This document shows, piece after piece, positions 60,221-64,000 of a DNA stretch of 64,000 nt; the stretch's first letter is position 1; the number at the start of each line of letters is the position of its first letter. Where the stretch lies: assembly GCA_031459625.1 (NCBI GenBank), contig JAVKIH010000003.1:88669-152668 (forward strand), given 5' to 3'. The notes beneath the pieces are model-generated. The model searched no databases and was not told where the DNA came from. It saw only the letters and a list, made by a program, of their open reading frames with translations. Position numbers and translations under genes: made by a program. This DNA comes from Candidatus Geohabitans tengchongensis. GTDB lineage: Bacteria > Sysuimicrobiota > Sysuimicrobiia > Sysuimicrobiales > Humicultoraceae.

Positions 60221-61204
60221 ATGGCCTGGCTGACCTTCTCCTCCTCGCTGGCAGGGCGCCGCCGCTCCAGCGACCGGGTCCGGCTGTGGCGACGGCTCCG
60301 CCGCCTCGGGGCAGTGACCGGGCCGACCGGCGTCACCGTGCTGCCGGACCGTCCGGAGACCCGGGAGGCCTTCGCCTGGCTGGCCCAGGAGGTCCGCCGG
60401 TCGGGCGGTGAGGCCCTGGTGCTGCACGTCCGGAGCTTCAACGGCCTCCAGGACCGGGACCTCGTCCGGCTGTTCCAGGAGGCCCGGCGGCAGGACTACC
60501 GGGCGCTGGAGCGGGAGCTGCGGCGCCTGGAAGCGGGCCTGCACAGCCGGAGCGACGACCCGGCACGGCGACGGGCGGCCGCGGCCCGGCTGGCCCGGCT
60601 GCGGCAGCGGCAACGGGAGATCCGCCGCATCGACTTCTTCCCCGTCACCGAGGGGCGTCGCGTCGAGGCACACCTGGCCCGCCTCGAACGGCGCCTGACC
60701 CGCGTCACGGCCCCGGGCGAGCCGCGTATCCCGCGCCGGCGTCCGGAGGCCTTCCGGGGCCGACGGTGGGTCACCCGCCCCCGGCCCTACGTCGACCGGC
60801 TGGCCTGCATCTGGTTCATCCGCCGCTTCATCGACCCGAACGCGCGCGTCCGGTATGCCGACCGTCCGCGCCGCGGCGAGGTGGCCTTCGACATGGAGGG
60901 CGGGGAGTTCACCCACGTCGGCCCGCTCTGCACCTTCGAGGTCATGGTCCGCGCGTTCGGCTTGAGCGACGAGGCGCTCACGGCCATCGGCGAGATCGTC
61001 CACGAACTCGACCTCCAGGACCGCCGCTTCGTCCGGGCTGAGCTCGCGGGCGTGGACGCCGTGCTCCGCGGGTGGCACGCGGCGGGCTGGTCGGACCGCG
61101 TGCTGGAGGCCTGCGGCGTGGCCCTCTTCGACGGGCTTTACCGGAGCCTCTCGGCGCGCACGGCCGCGCGCCGTCGCGCCCGCACCCGGCGGCCCGGCGG
61201 ATGA
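60221..61204 (+). CDS. chrB: chromate-responsive regulator ChrB (N + C domains)
   Basis: RVRLWRRL, IDFFP, WVTRPRPYVDRLACIWFIRRFID, CTFE. Confidence 0.85.
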   Translation: MAWLTFSSSLAGRRRSSDRVRLWRRLRRLGAVTGPTGVTVLPDRPETREAFAWLAQEVRRSGGEALVLHVRSFNGLQDRDLVRLFQEARRQDYRALERELRRLEAGLHSRSDDPARRRAAAARLARLRQRQREIRRIDFFPVTEGRRVEAHLARLERRLTRVTAPGEPRIPRRRPEAFRGRRWVTRPRPYVDRLACIWFIRRFIDPNARVRYADRPRRGEVAFDMEGGEFTHVGPLCTFEVMVRAFGLSDEALTAIGEIVHELDLQDRRFVRAELAGVDAVLRGWHAAGWSDRVLEACGVALFDGLYRSLSARTAARRRARTRRPGG

Positions 61205-62445
61205 GCGGCGCACCACGGTCACAGCCTCCAGGACCCGGGATCCCACCGGAGCCCTGGGGGCGGCTCTTCCTGCGGTTCCTGCGGTTCGGCCTCCTGGCCT
61301 GGGGCGGGCCGGTGGCCCAGATCGCCATGATCCGCCAGGAACTCGTCGAGGAGGCGCGCTGGGTCTCCCGCGAGCGCTTCAACCGCGTCCTCGCCGTCTA
61401 CCAGGTGCTGCCCGGGCCCGAAGCGCACGAGCTCTGCGTCTACTTCGGAATGCTCGCCCGCGGGCGACTGGGGGGTCTGCTGGCCGGCCTGGGGTTCATG
61501 CTGCCCGGGTTCCTCCTGATGTTCGGCCTCTCCGCCCTGTACGCGGCGGGCGTCCGCGCGCCCCTGTGGCAGGCGGTCTTCCTGGGCATGCAGCCTGCCG
61601 TCGTTGCCCTCGTCGTCCGGGCGGTGCACCGCATCGGGAGGCACGTGCTCACCGATCCCTGGGCGTGGGCCGTCGCCGCCGCGACGGCGCTGGGCGAGAC
61701 CCTGGGCCATCCCTTCTGGGTCACTCTGCCGACGGCCGGCCTCGCGGCGCTGCTGGCGCGTCGGCCCGGGCTCCGGATCGCCGCGGGGCTGCTCCTGATG
61801 GTAGTGCTCCTCGCGGGCCTGGTGCAGGTCGGGGAGACGCGCCGGCCCCGGTTGGAAGTACCCCGATGGGGCCTGCCCCACAGCACCGTCCCGCCATTGC
61901 CCGGTGAGGCCGTCGGAGAGCCTGCCATCGGGCGGCTGTTCCTCTCCGGGCTGCGGGCCGGCCTGCTCACTTTCGGCGGGGCCTACACCGTCCTCCCCTT
62001 CCTGCGCCGCGACGCCGTCGAGGTGGGCCGGTGGATGACCGATGCCCAGTTCCTCGACGGGGTGGCGCTCTCCGGCATCCTCCCCGCCCCGTTCATCATC
62101 TTCAGCACCTTCGTGGGCTTCCTCGGCGGCGGCCCGCTTGGCGCACTCGCCCTCACCGTGGGCATCTTCCTCCCGGCCTTTGCCATCACCCTCACCGGGC
62201 ACGGGGCGCTGGAACGCCTGGTCGACGTAGCGGGCGTGCGGACGTTCCTGGACGGGGTGAGCGCGGGGGTGGTGGGGCTGATCGCGACTACCGCCCTTGA
62301 CCTCTTCGTCACGGGCGTGCGCGACCTCGCCGGCGGGATGCTCTTCGCCGTGGCGCTCGTCACGCTGCTCCTCTGGCAGGCCAGGGCAGGGGTGGCCGCG
62401 GTCGTCGCGGCCGCCGGTGCGGCAGGGCTGCTCCTCTTCCGCTAG
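61201..62445 (+). CDS. chrA: chromate efflux transporter
   Basis: WGGPVAQI, LPGPEA, TFGGAY; two CHR domains. Confidence 0.9.
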   Translation: MSGAPRSQPPGPGIPPEPWGRLFLRFLRFGLLAWGGPVAQIAMIRQELVEEARWVSRERFNRVLAVYQVLPGPEAHELCVYFGMLARGRLGGLLAGLGFMLPGFLLMFGLSALYAAGVRAPLWQAVFLGMQPAVVALVVRAVHRIGRHVLTDPWAWAVAAATALGETLGHPFWVTLPTAGLAALLARRPGLRIAAGLLLMVVLLAGLVQVGETRRPRLEVPRWGLPHSTVPPLPGEAVGEPAIGRLFLSGLRAGLLTFGGAYTVLPFLRRDAVEVGRWMTDAQFLDGVALSGILPAPFIIFSTFVGFLGGGPLGALALTVGIFLPAFAITLTGHGALERLVDVAGVRTFLDGVSAGVVGLIATTALDLFVTGVRDLAGGMLFAVALVTLLLWQARAGVAAVVAAAGAAGLLLFR

Positions 62446-62490
62446 GGGGCACGTGGGGGCGTGTCGCCCCCGACAGCACCGCCGCTCCGC

Positions 62491-62868
62491 TCAGCCGGGC
62501 GCGGGCGGCCGGTGCCCCGCGCGGGCCAGGGCGGCCTCGATGCGCTGTGCCAGCGCCTCCAGGTCCCAACCCGTGTAGCGGTCCCGGCCGTCGATGAGGA
62601 AGGTGGGGAAGCGGCGGATGCGGTGGCGCAGCACCCTGAGCACCCACTGGGGGGAGAGCGGGTCGACGAGGTAGAGGACGATGCGGTCGCGGAAGCGCGC
62701 CGCCACCGCGTCGAGCAGCAGCCACAGGCGGTAGGCCTCCTCGCGGGCGTGCACCCAGCGGCGCCTCCGCCCGAAGCCGGGGGGCGCCAGCAGCGGGGCC
62801 AGGACCTCCACCGGCATCGGCGCCGGGGCTGGGACGTCTTCACGGGGTCTCCGGAACACGCCGCGCAT
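62491..62868 (-). CDS. hypothetical protein, thioredoxin-like C-terminal pattern
   Basis: LVDPLSP...RHRIRRFPTFLIDG; start uncertain. Confidence 0.55.
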   Translation of the reverse strand: MRGVFRRPREDVPAPAPMPVEVLAPLLAPPGFGRRRRWVHAREEAYRLWLLLDAVAARFRDRIVLYLVDPLSPQWVLRVLRHRIRRFPTFLIDGRDRYTGWDLEALAQRIEAALARAGHRPPAPG

Positions 62869-63007
62869 CCGGCACCATCGTACGCACAGGACAGCCCTCC
62901 GTCTGCGCCGTATAATGCCTGGGTAGTCGGTCTGAGGGGACCGTGGCGCGCCGCGTGCGGCGGCGCGGCGGCGGGCCACCGCCGGGCGCAGACGACAGGG
63001 TGAGACG

Positions 63008-63958
63008 GTGACGAGACCAGGTACGCGCGCTGGCATCCGGGGCGTCATCCGCATCTTCCCCGACCTGGAGGAGGACCTGCTCCTCAACCTCTTCCACAAG
63101 GCGGCGAAGGTGCAGTGGACCTCCCGCGACCTCGACTGGGGGCAGTCCCTCCAGATGACGGAGCGGCAGCGCCAGGCCCTGGCGCGCATGCTCACGCCCG
63201 TCTACCTGGGGGAGCAGACCGCCATGGTGGGCGCCAGCGCCATCCTCCCCCAGCTCATGGACGCCGGGGAGACCACCGCCCAGCTCTACCTGGCCTCCTT
63301 CATCATGGACGAGGCCCGCCACTTCGAGGCGCTCACGCGCCTGTACCGGCGGCTGGAGTACCACCCCATCGGGCTGCGCGAGCTGCCGGAGATGCTGCGC
63401 TACCACCACCGCCTGCGGCAGGGCGACCGGGCCGACTGGGTCTGGGGCATCCTCATCAGCGACCTCTTCGCCAAGCACTTCTACCGCTGGTTCGCCGAAG
63501 CCCAGCCGGAGGCGCTCTTCGGCCGCATGTCGGCGAAGATCCTGGTGGACGAGTCGCGGCACCAGGCCTTCGCCGAGCACTACCTGCGCCGCAACATCCC
63601 GCGCATGGAGCCGGCCCGCCGCGCCGCGCTGGTGGCCATGCGCGACGAGCTCTACCGCATCATGCACGCCATGAACGACCGGCTGCGCGCCGACTGCGAG
63701 GCGCTGGCCTTCGACGGCGACGCCTTCCTGGCCCGGCTGTGGGACGACATCGAGTACTTCACCCGGCGCATCGGCCTCACCGACGGCACCCCGCCGCCGC
63801 CCGACCCGGCCCGCCTCGGCCCCGACGCGCCCGTGGAGGAGGAAGCAGAGGACCGGCCGCGCCCCACCCTCCACCTGGCCGGGCTCCCCCTGCCGCGCTG
63901 CTTCGGGTGCGTCCTGGCCCTGCTCTGCCACCCGCGGGCGCAGCCCGCTCCGGCGTGA
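63008..63958 (+). CDS. ferritin-like diiron-carboxylate protein
   Basis: GEQTA, DEARH, DESRH motifs; TATAAT at 62911-62916 upstream. Confidence 0.8.
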   Translation: MTRPGTRAGIRGVIRIFPDLEEDLLLNLFHKAAKVQWTSRDLDWGQSLQMTERQRQALARMLTPVYLGEQTAMVGASAILPQLMDAGETTAQLYLASFIMDEARHFEALTRLYRRLEYHPIGLRELPEMLRYHHRLRQGDRADWVWGILISDLFAKHFYRWFAEAQPEALFGRMSAKILVDESRHQAFAEHYLRRNIPRMEPARRAALVAMRDELYRIMHAMNDRLRADCEALAFDGDAFLARLWDDIEYFTRRIGLTDGTPPPPDPARLGPDAPVEEEAEDRPRPTLHLAGLPLPRCFGCVLALLCHPRAQPAPA

Positions 63959-64000
63959 GGGCCCCGCCCACCCGCCGGTCTCCCTGGCCGCGCCGCAACA

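Noticed and set aside
60107..61246. Long N-terminal extension of the ChrF-like ORF
   Set aside because: Antisense to chrB; the GGAGG SD supports ATG 60106.

Overview
Very GC-rich bacterial chromosomal window. It has sigma70-type promoters and a T-box, so a Terrabacteria-type lineage is inferred but not proven. From left to right it contains: (1) pdxST behind an FMN-riboswitch-like RNA with altered core nucleotides; (2) a convergent TPP-riboswitch thiamine salvage operon (thiW-cytX-like-thiM-thiE-thiD); (3) a class I ribonucleotide reductase with class Ic signatures, behind tandem NrdR boxes and a cobalamin riboswitch; (4) a paaFGHJ-like beta-oxidation cluster with an Oah-like hydrolase; (5) T-box valS, a GntR regulator, a ferredoxin and tig-clpP-clpX-lon; (6) tRNA-Leu, tRNA-Lys and tRNA-Arg; (7) a ~15.5 kb accessory block between convergent tRNA-Arg and tRNA-Pro, holding a GtrA/tailspike-like fusion, a decayed ArsR, csoR-copA-copZ, a c-di-GMP-I riboswitch, a vWA protein, two HD-GYP proteins and a hybrid kinase; (8) a dehydrogenase/PTPS-IV-like/glycosyltransferase cluster, der and ispH; (9) a TAXI-TRAP catabolic operon with a Tm-1-like protein, whose 5' end is cut at a junction with a truncated efp; (10) a chromate resistance cluster and a ferritin-like diiron protein. 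The top candidate for novelty is the variant FMN-fold riboswitch controlling vitamin B6 synthesis. All calls come from reading the sequence by eye and from remembered family consensus motifs; no searches were run.
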